From: Octopus vulgaris
Lineage: Eukaryota
Assembly (NCBI GenBank): GCA_951406725.2
Contig: OX597815.1
Span: 143,158,001-143,222,000, forward strand
Direction: 5' to 3'
Length of the DNA: 64,000 nucleotides
Shown: piece by piece, positions 25,287 through 42,524 of the stretch
Numbering within the stretch: the stretch's first letter is position 1
Layout: every line of letters starts with the position of its first letter
The notes under the pieces: model-generated
Seen by the model: the letters and a program-made list of their open reading frames with translations, nothing else
What the model was told of the DNA's origin: nothing
The model's database searches: none
Translations under genes and position numbers: made by a program

Positions 25287-26635
25287 GAAGGCAATAATTA
25301 ATATTGATAGAGCATAGGGTGCCCGCATTTTTAGGTAGTTTATTACAAACACCATGAATTTGATCAGACGGGTCAACTTAAATGAAACTTCTCGGGAGGA
25401 AAGTTAATGGAAGCTAAACGCATAATTTCCGATACGGAAAGCTTACAGTAAGTGGATTACTGAAGTAGCTAGTTAAGCGTGAATTGATGGAAGCTATTAT
25501 AGATAATAAATAATGCTGGATAGGCATGAAAGGAAAAATTAGATTTGAATCGCTTAGAACTGACGTTAGAAAATACTAAATTAGAGAAGAGTTAGGTGAT
25601 GTGTGTGGTTATTCAATCAGACCGAAAAGTTTAGGAGAGGGGAGTGTCCAACTAGAGATGGCGGAATTTCAAGTTACTTTGACTGTTTGCTACAATTCCA
25701 AATAGTGGCAGTAATGTGATGTGAATGATCTATACCAGCAGCTGAAATAGAGGACTTAATGAGTGGCTGTGCGTGGAGAAAAATTGCTAGAACTGAATAG
25801 TTAACTATATGAAGTCTTTTAGTTTCTGAGCAAATATTTAACGCAATTGGTTGTAAACTACGAGTATCGTTTGTGTGTGCTTGGAAGTAACCAGACTGTT
25901 GTTGTAAATATCGTCCACAAGGATCAAGGACTATTATCTTTCTATGCCATAATTTAGTTAGATGCAGAGTTGAAGATTTTTTTTTTGTCTTTTTTTTTTT
26001 TTTTTGGTCCAGTTGTCGTAAAAACATTACTAAGATAATGTTGCAAAATCCATACAATGAGGACAATTTAAACGACTATACATGACGGCTTCTATCTCCT
26101 GCGATGTATCATAGAGCGGGTTTGGTGAGTTCCTATCAACTCAGATAGGCTGGATGTGTTCGACTTAGTTTAACATCGACGCCTGGCATGTGTCCTAAGC
26201 GCAATCAGGACCTGCCTTTAGAAGTAGGAACTCTGTGATGCACAATGACATCAGTGCAAGTTATAGATGGACGTTCTGAAAACTGCTTGATGAAGACTGA
26301 ATGTTAGTTTTGTTTAGCTCCAGATCAACTCTGGTGTAGTAGGTCCATGACAAACTGCATCCGGTTGTAATTGTACCATCTTTTTTGAGGAGTCAATGAC
26401 AGCTAATGGACGCTTTCATGTTTGTGTGATTAGGAAGTAAAGAACCACGAATTTGATCCCACAGCGCCATACGTTGGCCAAGTATCACATATCATATCCT
26501 TGGGACGACCAGAGCCCAACGATTAAAATCTAGTTGTCGGAGAGACCGTTATTGTGTTCTTGGGTGGTAAACCTAATAGGCCGCCGTATTTTACAGCAGT
26601 CTGGCTCCTGCATGCTTTTATCAGTCTACTTTGTT

Positions 26636-26857
26636 GAAGGTGAGCTGGCAGAAACGTTAGCATGCCGAGCGAAATGCGTAGCCGTATTTCGTCTGCCGTT
26701 ACGTTCTGAGTTCAAATTCCACCGAGGTCGACTTTGCCTTTCACCCTTTCGGGGTCGATAAATTAAGTACCAGTTACGCACTGGAGTCGATGTAATCGAC
26801 TTAATCCGTTTGTCTGTCCTTGTTTGTCCCCTCCGTGGGTAGTAAAGAAATAGGTAT
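26636..26857 (+). mobile_element. SINE-A monomer
   Basis: Near-identical to 33649-33882. Confidence 0.92.
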
Positions 26858-27384
26858 TCGAGTTAGGTCTCTGAGAAGAAGACAGCTTATCTCCTTCCTC
26901 CTACCGCTCTTGGATTCCCCGAAAAGGGCCATAAGCACTCCCTTACACTTTTCCCGCTCTTTAGTAAAACATTAAAAACTGACATCTATTTGTTATTTAA
27001 AACAACACAAAATTATTTTAGGTAGATTAGGCTGTTATTTCTCTCAAACCAAGCAACCACGTAGAAACCCACTGGTTGGCTGATAAAAGAAGGTTCAATG
27101 TAAAGTATGAGAAAGGAAGGGAGAGAGCGGTAAACATGCCATAAATCAACGCGCACAAGATGAGAAGATATCTGATGACGTTATAGAAACTACTGGAAGC
27201 TACATCTACAGATAACAGCAGCAAAGAAGACAGAGAATTATGACTTAGTCGCTTCAATAGACATTATATCAAAACATGGTGGCAGTAAAACCAGCTGCTT
27301 TCAGGGAGAAATTTGAGAAAATTTGTAGTGGTGCTAGTGGTGATGTTGATATCGATACTGGTCGCAGTGCTGCAGCTACTACTA

Positions 27385-27388
27385 CTAC

Positions 27389-27432
<44 letters not shown>

Positions 27433-27473
27433 GTGATGGTGGTGGTGATGATGATGATGATGATGATGATGAT

Positions 27474-27534
<61 letters not shown>

Positions 27535-27569
27535 GGTGGTGGTAGTGGTGGTGGTGATGATGGTGGTGG

Positions 27570-27616
<47 letters not shown>

Positions 27617-27629
27617 GTGGTGGTGATGA

Positions 27630-27663
<34 letters not shown>

Positions 27664-28502
27664 GGTGGTGGTGGTGGTGGTGGTGGTGGTGGTGGTGGTG
27701 GTGGTGGTGGTGGTGATGATGGTGATGATGATGATGATGTCAGTGGTGGTGCTACAGGTCGTTGTTATTACCATAATGATGGTAGTGGGGTACTGCTAAT
27801 GATGGTGATGGTGGTGCTACTGCTGGTGACTGTCTCGTTGGTGATGGTCGTTATTATTACTGAGCTTATGGTGGTGGTGGTTGTGGTGGTAGTGATGGTG
27901 GTTGTGGTGATAATGGTGGTGGTGTGGTGGTATGGTGGGTAGTGTGGGGTGTGATGGTGGTAGTGGTGACGTGATAGGCGGTGTGAGGTGTAGTGGTGGT
28001 GGTGGTGATGTGATGGGCGGTGTGGAGCGTGATGGCGGTGGCGGTGGAGGTAGTGATGTGATGGGCGGTGTGGGTCGTGATGGTAGTGGGGATGTGGTGG
28101 GTAAGTGATGGGCGATGTGTGGGTGGCGCGATGGTGGGATTGTTGCTACCTGTTGGCAGTGCTGTCGGGACTGGCTGAGGTGGTAACGATGATGGTGATG
28201 TTGCAGTGATGAAAAAAGAAAAAGATGTTAGTTATGTTTTGTTGGCGGTTGTGATGATGATGATATGTGTTATATCGTTATAAGTTTAGCAGTAGAACGA
28301 ATATGAAGCTGAATCTACGTGATAGAACCATAGTAACAGTAGGAAGAATATGAAAAGGACGGAAATTAAGGAGTGCCAAGATTATAAGAGCTGTGCCTAG
28401 AAGTGATATGAAAAGACAGGGAAAGGAATGACAGAAAAAATAGAGCTCCATATAGACTCTACACCCCCATGTACCACACTTTTAGACTACAAAAGATTCT
28501 TG

Positions 28503-28533
<31 letters not shown>

Positions 28534-29490
28534 TGTTGTTGTTATTGTTGTTGTTGGTGGTGGTGGTGGCGGTAGTGGTGGTGGTGGTGGTGGTGGTGTT
28601 GGTGGTGTGATTGACGCAGTTGGTATTTTTTGACGTGGTCGTGTTTATTGTGGTTGTTATTGAGGGTGATGTGATTACCGTCATTGGATTAGATGTGATT
28701 TCCTGTGATTCATGTGATTTATGTGATTCATGTGATTCATGTGATTCATGTGATTTATGTGATTCATGTGATTTATGTGATTCATGTGATTCATGTGATT
28801 TATGTGATTCATATGATTCATGTGGATGGCGTAGTTGGTGTTGATGATTGATGTGGCTGAAGTGGTTGGTAGATGTGATTCATATTGTTGATTGATTGAC
28901 CGATTGATTGATTGATTGATTGATTGACGTGGTTGCTGATCTTGATGTCGTTGAAGTGATTGGTGTTGGTATGGCCGACCAGTAGTTGATGCTAATTTGT
29001 TTGTTGTGTTTGATGTTCATGTTGTTGATGCGATTGATGTTGATTGTCACCGTGTTTGATGTGATTGATGTTTTTGAAGTGGTTGATAGAGGAAATGGTT
29101 GACGTTAATGTGTTTGGTGTGCATGATGTTGCTGATATTCTGACTGATGTGGTCGATGTTAATATGAATAATGACTGTAATTAATGTTATTTCTGTTGGT
29201 GATACGATCTGTATTAACTGTATCATGATATGGTTAAGGTGGTTAATTTTGACCTTTTTGATGTTTATACAGCCGTTGTGCTCTAGTGATTAATGTGATT
29301 GATGTTGATGTGGTTGGTATGGTTGATATGATTAATTCTGATACGGTTAATTTTGATATTGTTGTTATGATAATGATGTGGATGTTGACAGGGCTGATGA
29401 AGTTGATGTGATTGATGTGACTGATGTTGTCAGATATTTGAAGTTGATGTAGTTGAAGCTAAAGCAGGTGAAGTTGATGTAGTTGCTGTA
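27385..29490. repeat. G/T-skewed low-complexity domain: (GAT)n/(GGT)n grading into degenerate GATGTG/GATGTT repeats
   Basis: Direct inspection; near-perfect at 27390-27740 and increasingly diverged downstream. Confidence 0.9.
28704..28823. repeat. 9-bp minisatellite (TGTGATTCA/TGTGATTTA), about 13 copies
   Basis: Direct inspection. Confidence 0.95.
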
Positions 29491-31239
29491 GTTCAGTTCG
29501 AGTTTTAAGTCAACATCTGCCTAAAAGCATAGATATGAGGAAATTCTAGACTCCGGGAGAAAGGATTTGGTAAATATTCAATTCGAGATTTTGGGGATGA
29601 AAAATAATACTTGAAGGGTAACACTTGAAAAACAGGATAAGTTTACGAAGATGTTGTTGTTCACAGAAGCAGAAACCATTATAGTATTCATAAAAATATG
29701 ATAGTTGGCTAAAGAAAACAGCACATCTGTAAAACAGGGATTCGTACCTGGTGATGAACGACTTTTTGTCAGTCAGCTAAGTGACATTTTTGGGGATGAT
29801 TATGTGCTTATCAGCAGTTTATAATGTCTCAGTTATTTGAGACTATCACCAATGCGGGTTGAACTTCAGCTCTTTAGAGAGGCAAAGACCGATGAGAAAC
29901 AGAATCTTTTCCAAGAAAATGTCTCGTTTCTGTTCAGTCGTTATAATTCCACTATGACAACATTATATGTGTGAAGTCTGTATTAGAGATTGTCAGAGAT
30001 TGAGACGTAGCAGTTATAAGGGGTTTGTTGGGTAATAGTTCTTGTTGCATGCCGTTCATGTCTGATGATAGTATAATTGTGTAGTAATTAGAACTATATA
30101 AACAAATCCTTATTTAGAAAAGCTTTCAAAGTATCTAATGATGAAAGCAAGGTAGATTTGAAATAAAGATGGGTGTAGGTGGAAGAAGGTGAGAGGAAAA
30201 TAATTTTAAACGAGTGATGTAGAGCATAAAGGAATAAGAAAGAGGGGAAGACACAGTGAGTAGATAGTGATTATTGTAGTGATTATTAATATTTTATGAG
30301 TAGATAAGCTATTGTAGTGATGGATCAGAAGTTTTGAGTGGCCAAGGTATTAATAGATCACAACATGGCTTCCAAATGTGTTTCGTTGTGTTTATGTTCC
30401 AATTTTCTGTTAATGGCCATACAAGTGACTAATAGCTCAATACAGAGACTCGCGTGTATCTCATCTGTGGAGTTTTACAGAAAAGGAAGTCGATACAACT
30501 CACTGCTTTGTAGAATAAACAATTGTTATACACGAATAAACTTGGGGATATCAGTTTATATATAAATAACAACATGTAGGAATAATTTCAAAACAAAAAT
30601 GATATAAACGCATATGGACAGTAACTTTCTTTGTTATTTGACAATGAATAAATGTTACAAATGAACGGAGAAAAATTGCTATTCCTACCTTTATTTGAAC
30701 CTTCTTCAGATGTGTTTAGAATCTTTGTATTATAAATTTAGTCGATCGGATACTGAGAACAGATTGTGTCATTTTTAGGTGCTTGTCATGTCTAAGTAGA
30801 CAACAGAATTGTCAAGAAGAGTAAGTGTAGAAATTGAAGTTAACGCTGCTGTCGTTAATTTCGACTGACAGCTTACACTGTGTAAGATAGTTAAAATGCC
30901 CATGTGCTATTATATTTGCTACAACGAACATTAACCTCCCAGGATTTACAGATTTCTAACTTTTCTACCTTTCTTGGCATTTCTGTTGCTTATTTAGTCA
31001 CAGACGTGAATAAAAATGACAAGAATATCTCCAAGCTTTTATTAGATCCACTTTCAGCAGAACTTAAAGTAAATACGTTTTTTTTCTCTCTCTTTCTCAT
31101 TTCCATTAATCTACAAAGACATCTCCAAAAGTATTCTTTCCTATTTTTAATTTGTTGCACCAAAATGTTACTAAATCCATATTTACTGTTTTATCTAGAA
31201 ATTCCACTTGTTTCGTCAATACCCAAACCAATGCTTCGT

Positions 31240-31660
31240 TTCTGTTAACTTACTAGAAATAGCAGGCAAATGTCCCTCCATATCACATCCTAGCATTTTT
31301 AACTAACATATTAAATAATGTAGTTCCACACAGAACTAGAAAGATGAGATGGCATCTGCTGAATGCCATTAATCAAAAGGTTTCCTAATCAAGGATGACC
31401 TGAGGCTTAGTAGCAATGCTAACCATATCCTAGCCAGTGCATGCATATCCATACAGGTGATCAAACTACAAGAAATAGCAGTTAACTGTCCCTCAAGCTT
31501 ACTATATATCTAAAGCATACTTGAAGGATATGTCAGATAATAATTCCTAGAAATAACCTCAAAGAAGAATACAAAATCATGACTGCTGAAACTGCATTCA
31601 TCATTGATCTACTCAATCTAGACTACACTTACACTAAAAAAAGACTTCAATAACATCAAC
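31240..31660 (+). repeat. Two tandem decayed copies of an unclassified interspersed repeat
   Basis: AGAAATAGCAG...TGTCCCTC at about 31255 and 31472 with similar downstream sequence; a possible minus-strand relative at about 26300-26380. Confidence 0.45.
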
Positions 31661-31989
31661 TGCAACATCCTTCCTAAGTCAGAGCCCAACAACAACTAAA
31701 CTTCAAAACTGAATGTAGAAACAGTATTGCTGCTACACACAGAGATACTCTAGATCCACAATAGAGTGCTGCTTCCACATCGAGGTCAGTGCTGCTGCTA
31801 CATAACGCAGACATTCTAGACTATGTCTCAAATAATTTATTAGAAGTTGTCTCCATTTCTTTCGAGATACTGGAAGTCAATATAACAGGGTTATATTTGA
31901 CAGTGTCAAAGAAGTTATTTATCTTGGGAATGGGACACACCGTAGGGTGTCCTAGAGCTTAGGATCTGTTTTTGTGGAGAGTGAGAGTT

Positions 31990-32340
31990 TGAGGAGCTTA
32001 CTGAGGCAGAGACAAGCTCCAGAATACAACACGATATTTGTAGGTAATGGAACCATTCCAAATCACTAAAAAGATATCTGAACCAACATCTTGAAGAAGA
32101 TAATTCAGTTGATTGGCAGATATTCTTGACCTACAACTGTTTTACAAATTCTTGCATCTTTTAACATCTACCACTACGACAACGATCAATCTCTGCATAA
32201 CACCCAAGCTTTACCGAATATATTCGTCCTACTATCTAGATATTGCTCTAAAGGATCTCAACGATCATTCCTACCCCCAACCGTAACACTCTGAAATTCC
32301 AATTTCACAAATGTTGCTCATGTGGAAGACCAACTAGAAA
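31990..32340 (+). mobile_element. Highly decayed CR1/L2-type LINE 3' end
   Basis: Fragments QAPEYN, LQLFYK and RSFLPPTVTL*NS resemble the LEY / LFYK / RSFFP.T..LWN.L C-terminal motifs. Confidence 0.4.
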
Positions 32341-33033
32341 TCTTCATGATGAATTTCAACTGAATTGATCTCAAAAGTTATGATCCCTGAATTGATCTCA
32401 AAAGTTATGATCCCTGAATATTATTCAGGGGAAAATTGGTCGTTTCTAACACACATATTAAACGGCCTCAAATTTGAGATGACGATTTAAACACAGCAAT
32501 GATGAAAGGCAGAGTTGACATCGGTAGGTTTTGAGTTCAGAAGAGCCGTAACTAAATACCGCTAGATATTTATATAGGTACTCTAACATTTCTATTAATC
32601 CAACGCGATTTACGAGTAAATTAATAAAGTATGTAAATGCAATAAAACATATTTCTACTATGTTTGTCCAGTTTATCCCTAATCCTAACAATATACGTGC
32701 TTCATATATTTACCTTTGAATGGTGTTGGATCAGGTGTGGTTAGATAATGTTGGACCGAGCGTGAATCAATGGATCAGTTGTTAGATAATGTTGAGGTCG
32801 ACGGTGGATGTGTGGATGATGGCAGAACTACTGATGTTTAGACACCAAAATCTATCTATCCAATGAACTCTTTCACTCCCTCTTTATCAATGTAGTCAAC
32901 ATCTCCATACTGCATCTATTTGTAAATCACATCAGCATTTGTATACTGCATATTTCTACATTCAACTTCTAAATACTGTATCTATGTATGTATATAGTTA
33001 ACATCTGTACACTATATCTGTCTATAATTATTT

Positions 33034-33091
<58 letters not shown>

Positions 33092-33154
33092 AAATTCTGT
33101 ACATTATATATTTATCCAGTCAACATCTACATGGTGTTGATTTATCCTATTCAA

Positions 33155-33882
33155 GACGGTGAGCTGACAGAAGCGTTAGCACGTCTTTACGGCCAAAGTT
33201 CAAAATCCGCTGGGGTCCACATTGCTTTTCATCTTTCTGGGTTGATGAAATGAGTACCGGTTGGACACTGGGATGGATGTAATCAACTTAGCCTCTCCAC
33301 CAAACCCGCTGCCTTGTGCCATAATTTGAAACCAATCTTATACATAGTGTAATAAAGGTGGCGAGCTGGTAGAATCGTTACTGCGCTGGAATAAATGCGT
33401 TCAGCATTCAAATGCCGTCGAGTTCGACTTTGCCTTTTATTAAAATAAGTACCGGTTGAACACTGGGATGGATGTAATCGATTTACACCCTATCAAGAAA
33501 GTGCTGGCCTTGCACCAAAATTGCAAACCAATATTACACATTGTGTCTATTTAGTCAACAACTATACAGTGTAGTTATATACCTAACTATTCAGCTATCC
33601 AGTCGATAACAATACACTGTCTGTTGTGTCACCGGTATACATCTATCTGAAGGCGGCGAGCTAGCAGAAACGTTAGCACGCCGGACGAAATGCGTAGCCG
33701 TATTTCGTCTGCCGTTACGTTCTGAGTTCAAATTCCGCCGAGGTCGACTTTGCCTTTCATCCTTTCGGTGTCGATAAATTAAGTACCAGTTACGCACTGG
33801 GGTCGATATAATCGACTTAATCCGTTTGTCTGTCCTTGTTTGTCCTCTCTGTGTTTAGCCCCTTGTGGGTAGTAAAGAAATA
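33155..33882 (+). mobile_element. Three SINE-A copies (old: about 33155-33335 and 33355-33533; young: 33649-33882 with 15-bp TSD)
   Basis: GGTATACATCTATCT at 33634-33648 and 33883-33897. Confidence 0.9.
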
Positions 33883-34759
33883 GGTATACATCTATCTATC
33901 TAGTCAGCATCTACACAATCTGTCTATCAATCCTGAAAAAACTCTCACACAGTTTCAATCAGTTCCGTTAACTGATGAAGACGTAACAATAGAATATGCT
34001 ATTGTCATTTATTAAAGGAGAGTTAATCGATGGTTCGACTCGTATCGACGTTAAAATCGAACAAGTGTTTTTTTTTTTTTTTTTTTTCTCAGTACATTTG
34101 TGACGTACGAAGTGCTTCGCATCAACTAGTAATTGAACATACGTCTCGTGTGTTCGTTTTACCAAGTAGCTTACCGCTCGGCCGGTCATAGAGAAATATC
34201 TTAAAATATTTATACGGCATCAGTAATGTTTTCTTCTGTTCGTAGGAAATTTTTATCATTTATTCTCTCTTCATTTCTGCCTTATTCTTGCCTCGTGCTT
34301 ATTTATACACATATATTAATATACATATACACACATACAAAGATTTATATATTTCTAATCAACTTGTTATTTCGGTATGTTTTTGCTTACCATTCAGCAA
34401 GCCAAGGATTCATTCCAAAGTGTTCAAGATATATGGGTTCTTTTGTCTTCTTTTTTTTCTTCTTTTTGAGACATTTTAAACATAATTGCAAACAAGTTTC
34501 AAAAAACGATATATATATATATATATATATATACGTTTTATATTATGTTCTGTGTCTCTTTTTGTATATATCATCTGTGGACAAATATAGCTATGGTGCA
34601 TAGCTGCTTAATAGATTCATATATGTAAAACACGGCACATATATGTATATGTGCGATACCGAATATGCGAATATCAATTAACACACAGAACATATGTGTA
34701 TATACGTGTGATCGGGCAGATTATGACTTTCGCTTGTGACTAGAATCTACCACAACGTA

Positions 34760-37110
<2,351 letters not shown>

Positions 37111-37437
37111 ATGAACGCCTGAGCGTGTTTTTGTGTGTGTTTCGTTTAGATCTATTTGTATTCTTTGCAGAATTGAAGTCGGTCGCTAACAAAGTGTGTT
37201 ATTGTGGATGAAGAGATGACTATGTACGTGTGTAGGTTGCAATAACTAAAGAGTACTCAACACAATGAAGTGGCTTTTGAATTATTTCATTTGGTTGCCT
37301 GTAAGCAATGGTAGTAGATACTACCAGTTTTCTCACACAAAAATATTGTTTAGTTCGTGAAAAAAAAATATCACGCCAAAATTAAAGGTCATTACAAAGC
37401 AAAGATTGATAGGTTTCTTCTCATTAATTAACACATA

Positions 37438-37655
37438 AGGCGGTACGTTGGCAGGACCTTTGGAAAGCCAATCAACATGTTTAACGGCATTTCGTTCGTC
37501 TTTACGTTCTGAGCTCAAATTCCGCAGAGGTCGATTTTGCCTTCATCCTTTCAAAGTCGATCAAATAAGTACCAGTGAAGGACTGGGGTCATTGTAATCG
37601 ACTAGCCCCAATCCCCACAAAAACTGATGACCCTGAGCCAAATTTTGAAACCATT
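37438..37655 (+). mobile_element. Older SINE-A copy
   Basis: Diverged head and core with TTTGAAACCA tail. Confidence 0.8.
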
Positions 37656-40654
37656 AATGAACAGCTATTTCCTTTTAATCTTATATTATTACGACTGAAG
37701 TGTCTACGCTCATTAGTTCGCTCAACATTATTTAAATTTGCGTCGTCACAAGCATTTATCTACAACAAATCAAAATCTTCATATGGCTTAGCACAGGAGA
37801 AAGTTACTCTAAAGACATTTAATTTGGAATCGAGGTAATCGTAAGCAGCCGTGTTGCAAACGAGAATTACGAGAACGGAGTTACAGCGAGGTTTGTGTAA
37901 ACACATATATCTGCCAACCTAGCTGTACGTCAATATACCAATGTTCTCACATGTTCTTATATTCTCATACCATAGTTCATACGTTTTCTCACTGTACATT
38001 ATTCACAGGTAGAAAAGGACTGAGACCCGGCCAATGGGCCATCAAGTTTAACATCGGATTTCTTAGATTAGTTACTGAATTCACTCCAGAACGGTGCCGT
38101 ACTAGCTAGAATTATTCAATAGACTGGTTTCACCGCAGGATTTCTCTTGTGTGTATCATACCATCCGTAATTTACTGTTCGTAACTTACAGAATATAGTA
38201 CAACCAACCTTTATCATCAAACCTGGTGGAAATACAAAGCACACACACAAAACAAAAGCTGCATAGCATGCATTATTTTTTTTGTAAGCGCATCTCTTTG
38301 CTAAGCTTATAAACGTATGAATATGCTTTGTTGACTGGACTTAGCATTTTGGGGTTGCAAATCTAAACTAATGCCCACAAATGCGATAACTTCAATTGCC
38401 ATTCGGTATGTTACTGTAGTCATTGTAGACAGAATTATAAAAGAAATATTTTTATGTATTTTCATGTATTCTTTTGGATTCTTCTCAGCTGAATTCAGAA
38501 TTATAAGTACCATGCTGGCTTTGCGACTGAGATAGGCTTCTAAATAAGCGATCCTCGTATTAGTCCAACAGTAATCCTACACTTATCGTTGTAATTTCTA
38601 AAAGAATATTACGGAGCCCATTTGATTTTTAGGTAGGGAGAGTAGTTGGCGTTATAGTCATTTGAGTGGATTAACCACTCGAATGACAATAGCGCTTAAT
38701 GTTCACATCAGATCTTGAATGCTTGTGCAATGGCTTGTGATGACACATATTAAGACGAATGTTACCTGTTGATAGAACTACTCATATGCAACAAAGGCGA
38801 TCTCCGTGGTATGAGGACTAATGATTGATGAAGTGTCGTCAAAGGAATAAGCATAGAATCCTAGGAAGATGAGGAAGAATAAAAATAGAAGTTAAGATAT
38901 GAGAGAAAAGAAAAGGAGAAGGAGGGAGTTGGGAATGAAAGGTGTTCGAGCCAGAAGAAGAGAAGGATAGGAATAGATAATTATAAGAAGAGGAAGAGCT
39001 ATACTGTTAATGCTGACATATGAAGGCTAAGAATCCAGGATACTATCACGTGGTGGGTGGTGATGCTTCGCTCGATTAAAGCAGGATAGTATCCAATACA
39101 GGAATATGCTTAAAAGTACGTATCTTTAATTTCCTGGTATGCAAACAAGAAGCTTTCTCTCTTCTATTTAGAATATTGGCATTTTGAACTTCTCGGTAAT
39201 GCATAAGCTACACTTGTTGCCGCGCCCGTTATATTTATATGCCTTTATATGTATTAATATCTATGTATAAGCACATATTTATACAACCTCGAATAGGTTT
39301 TGTAGTGAATCAGTAAATGTCCAGTTCGATAAAACCACCTTGTTGCTAAAACACATAGCTTACCATGAATACGGCTGTCCATTTTTGCAGCTAATTAACA
39401 AGTTGCAATGTTTATCTAAACATAGGCTGTTCCTGTTGCATTTTCAGGAAATATTTATGATGTATTCGTTCTAAAACTGGAGTTGTTTACGTTGTGTTCC
39501 TTTATGACACAGGTTGTAGCGATTAAGCAAAGAGAGTCGATAAAATAAGAACCAAACTGAAATTAACTCTAGGATTGATATAATCGTCTAAACATCTTAC
39601 ATAGGTATACCAGCATAGCTGCAGTCCAAAGACTGGCACAAGCAGAAGCGAAAACACTCTAAGTTATTTCTGAAAGGCTCCCATTTTATGGGAACACCTA
39701 AGTTTTGCTGTGGTTTTGATAAATGTCATTATTCTGTAGAACCTTATTTGCTGTGTAGTTGCGTTCATGCTTATATGATGTCTTTTATTCAGAGAATCAT
39801 AGTTTGTCATATCTCCCCTAATGTAAAGTAACTACAAAATGTGTCAGTAATTCACGTGAATTCGGGAAAAGTTTGGACATGAAAGATTACCACGACTGTC
39901 GCTAAATTGAATTATCATGAGATTCAATTATTTCTCAGATGACCGTAAGATTTAATAGAACACAAAGAAACACAGCCGAATTTCCTTGTCTTCTTGTTCA
40001 CTTTTATAATACTCCTAATCTAGTTAGAACTAGAGATTCCTGCTGTGATCCATATTCTGTTGCTTTCATCGAGGAATGTAAAACCTCAGGAAACTGTACA
40101 AGTTGCAAAAACAGGAATCAAAAGCTGATCTAATACAGACGGTAATATATTTTCCATCTCTCTCTGTCTTGGAGAATTTAAGAAACCAAATGGAATTCTT
40201 ATCTAGATTATTACTATAAGGTTTCTGTGCTTAACACTGAATTTGAAACTTATGTGACCTCAAGATAATACAGAATCTTCAATAAAACCGGAGAAGTTTT
40301 CACGTCAGTTCAAAATTATTTACATACAGTAATCATCAAACCATGTAGAAGTCGAGATAAGTGATTAGATAGTGTGCAGTAACAGAAGGCAAAAACCAAA
40401 TTCTATACACATTATAGATAGAGTCTGCAACATTTTGTTTGGTCATCAAGCATTAATTCAAAACCACTGATGGAATGATGTTCATTGCAGTTCTAGATAG
40501 AGCATGTACAGATAAACTTACTTCATTTAACTGAGGGTAAAATATGAATAGTAATCCTAATACGCAACCCTCTTTAATAAATACCAGCATCCAGTTCTTG
40601 AGCAAAGTTAACATTATTGCGAGCATTCCAACGCTACCATCTACCCCATATATG

Positions 40655-40884
40655 CCGGCGAGCTGGCAGAAACGTTAGCACGCCGGGTGAAATGCGTAGC
40701 CGTATTTCGTCTGCCGTTACGTTCTGAGTTCAAATTCCGCCGAGGTCGACTTTGCCTTTCATCCTTACGGGGTCGATAAATTAAGTACCAGTTACGCACT
40801 GGGGTCGATGTAATTGACTTAATCTGTTTGTCTGTCCTTGTTTGTCCCCTCTGTGTTTAGCTCCTTGTGGGTAGTAAAGAAATA
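40655..40884 (+). mobile_element. Young SINE-A monomer with 17-bp TSD
   Basis: GCTACCATCTACCCCAT at 40633-40649 and 40885-40901. Confidence 0.93.
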
Positions 40885-41156
40885 GCTACCATCTACCCCA
40901 TGTACATTTCCCTGCATATATTCAGATACAACTATCTCAACTATGTAGTAGTTGTTACAGTGTGGTACATAATGCCTTTTTCTTTCTCCCGATCACATAA
41001 AACAAAGATGTTGAAAGTAGCTACCCTACCATCAGGATATTCTATCTGCTAAACAGTAGCGCCTAAACATGCTTTCATGCTACAGAACCGAAGCTAACCA
41101 GCGACCCTGAAGAGCTGCCTTTGCAACCAGTAGATATTTATCTTTAAAACATTATA

Positions 41157-41323
41157 GGCGCGGGAGTGGCTGTGTGGTAAGTAGTTGTCTTACCAACTAC
41201 ATAGTTCTGGGCTCAGTCCCACTTTGGCAAGTATCTTCTACTGTAGCCTCGGTCCGACCAAAACATTGTGAGCGGATTTGGTAGACGAAAACTGAAGGAA
41301 GCCCGTCGTATGTGTGGGTGTGT

Positions 41324-41420
<97 letters not shown>

Positions 41421-41615
41421 TGTGTGTGTCTCTGTGTGTCTGTGTTTGTTCCCCACCATCGCTAGAGAAGCGATGTTGGTGTATTTACGTCCCCGTAACT
41501 TCGCGGTTCGGCAAAAGAAATCGATGGAATAAGTTCTAGGCTTACAAAGAACAAGTCTTCGGGTCGATTTGTTCGACTAAAGGCGATGCTGAGCATGGCC
41601 AAATGAATAAAACAA
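41157..41615 (+). mobile_element. SINE-B with internal (TG)n
   Basis: GGAGTGGCTGTGTGGTAAG head, internal microsatellite and conserved 3' module. Confidence 0.9.
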
Positions 41616-41955
41616 AATATACTGGCAATATACAATTTGACATTGTCCAAGTTCCCAGGTTACCTTAAAACTAAAAAAGTATATAGTCAATTATATAGAG
41701 ATTGTTTGTTAGGATAAAGAAAACCACGGTTAAAAATTTAATTCCTTGTTATTGAAGTAGCATAAATGATACACTTTAAAAATAATTGAATGCTTTAAAT
41801 GTGCAATCTCTTACAATCCAGACGGAGTGAAATACATTCAACATATATCATTTGTTCATAAGTAACATTAGCATATGTGCAATTGTGTATGTGTGTATAT
41901 GTATGTGTATGTGTGTGGGGTGTGTGTATGTGTGTGGGGGGTGGGGGTGAATGTG

Positions 41956-41994
<39 letters not shown>

Positions 41995-42166
41995 TTACAT
42001 ACATACAGACATATATACATACATACGATTGTATTATACAGTGTGCGCGCGTAGTTTCAATCGTATGGACGTTTATGAATCAATATATAATCTATGTATA
42101 TATAAACATATACACACTATATACAATACATACAAATATATACACGCATATATACATATAAAAATA

Positions 42167-42227
<61 letters not shown>

Positions 42228-42230
42228 ATG

Positions 42231-42283
<53 letters not shown>

Positions 42284-42524
42284 TGGATAATAAAACGAAT
42301 GTATGTGTGTGTATACTCACACACACACAATTTGTATACGCAAAATTATGATTTCCTTCATACTCACACACTCACTCACAAAAATACATCTGCAGACAAA
42401 TGTTTATGAAGACATAAACATGTTTATGGATGCAAAATGTGTGCACAAGTTCACAGAAATGTCAAAAATAATAAATCATTTAGTATACTTCAAAAACGTT
42501 CTAGCTATTTGAAATACCATAGGA

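Noticed and set aside
27163-27200. CTGATGA..GAAAC hammerhead-like match
   Set aside because: No stem II or III pairing and no NUH in register; likely chance.
27276-27942. Asp/Gly-rich ORF resembling a biomineralisation or structural protein
   Set aside because: Pure (GAT)/(GGT) repeats with a frame break at about 27474 and no synonymous codon variation.
28611-28844. Cys-rich CDSCDL ORF resembling a metallothionein
   Set aside because: It is produced by a 9-bp minisatellite inside a low-complexity field.
37161-37230. Possible short exon (TTCTTTGCAG...GTACGT)
   Set aside because: All three frames contain stops; it could only be a UTR exon, which cannot be supported without transcripts.
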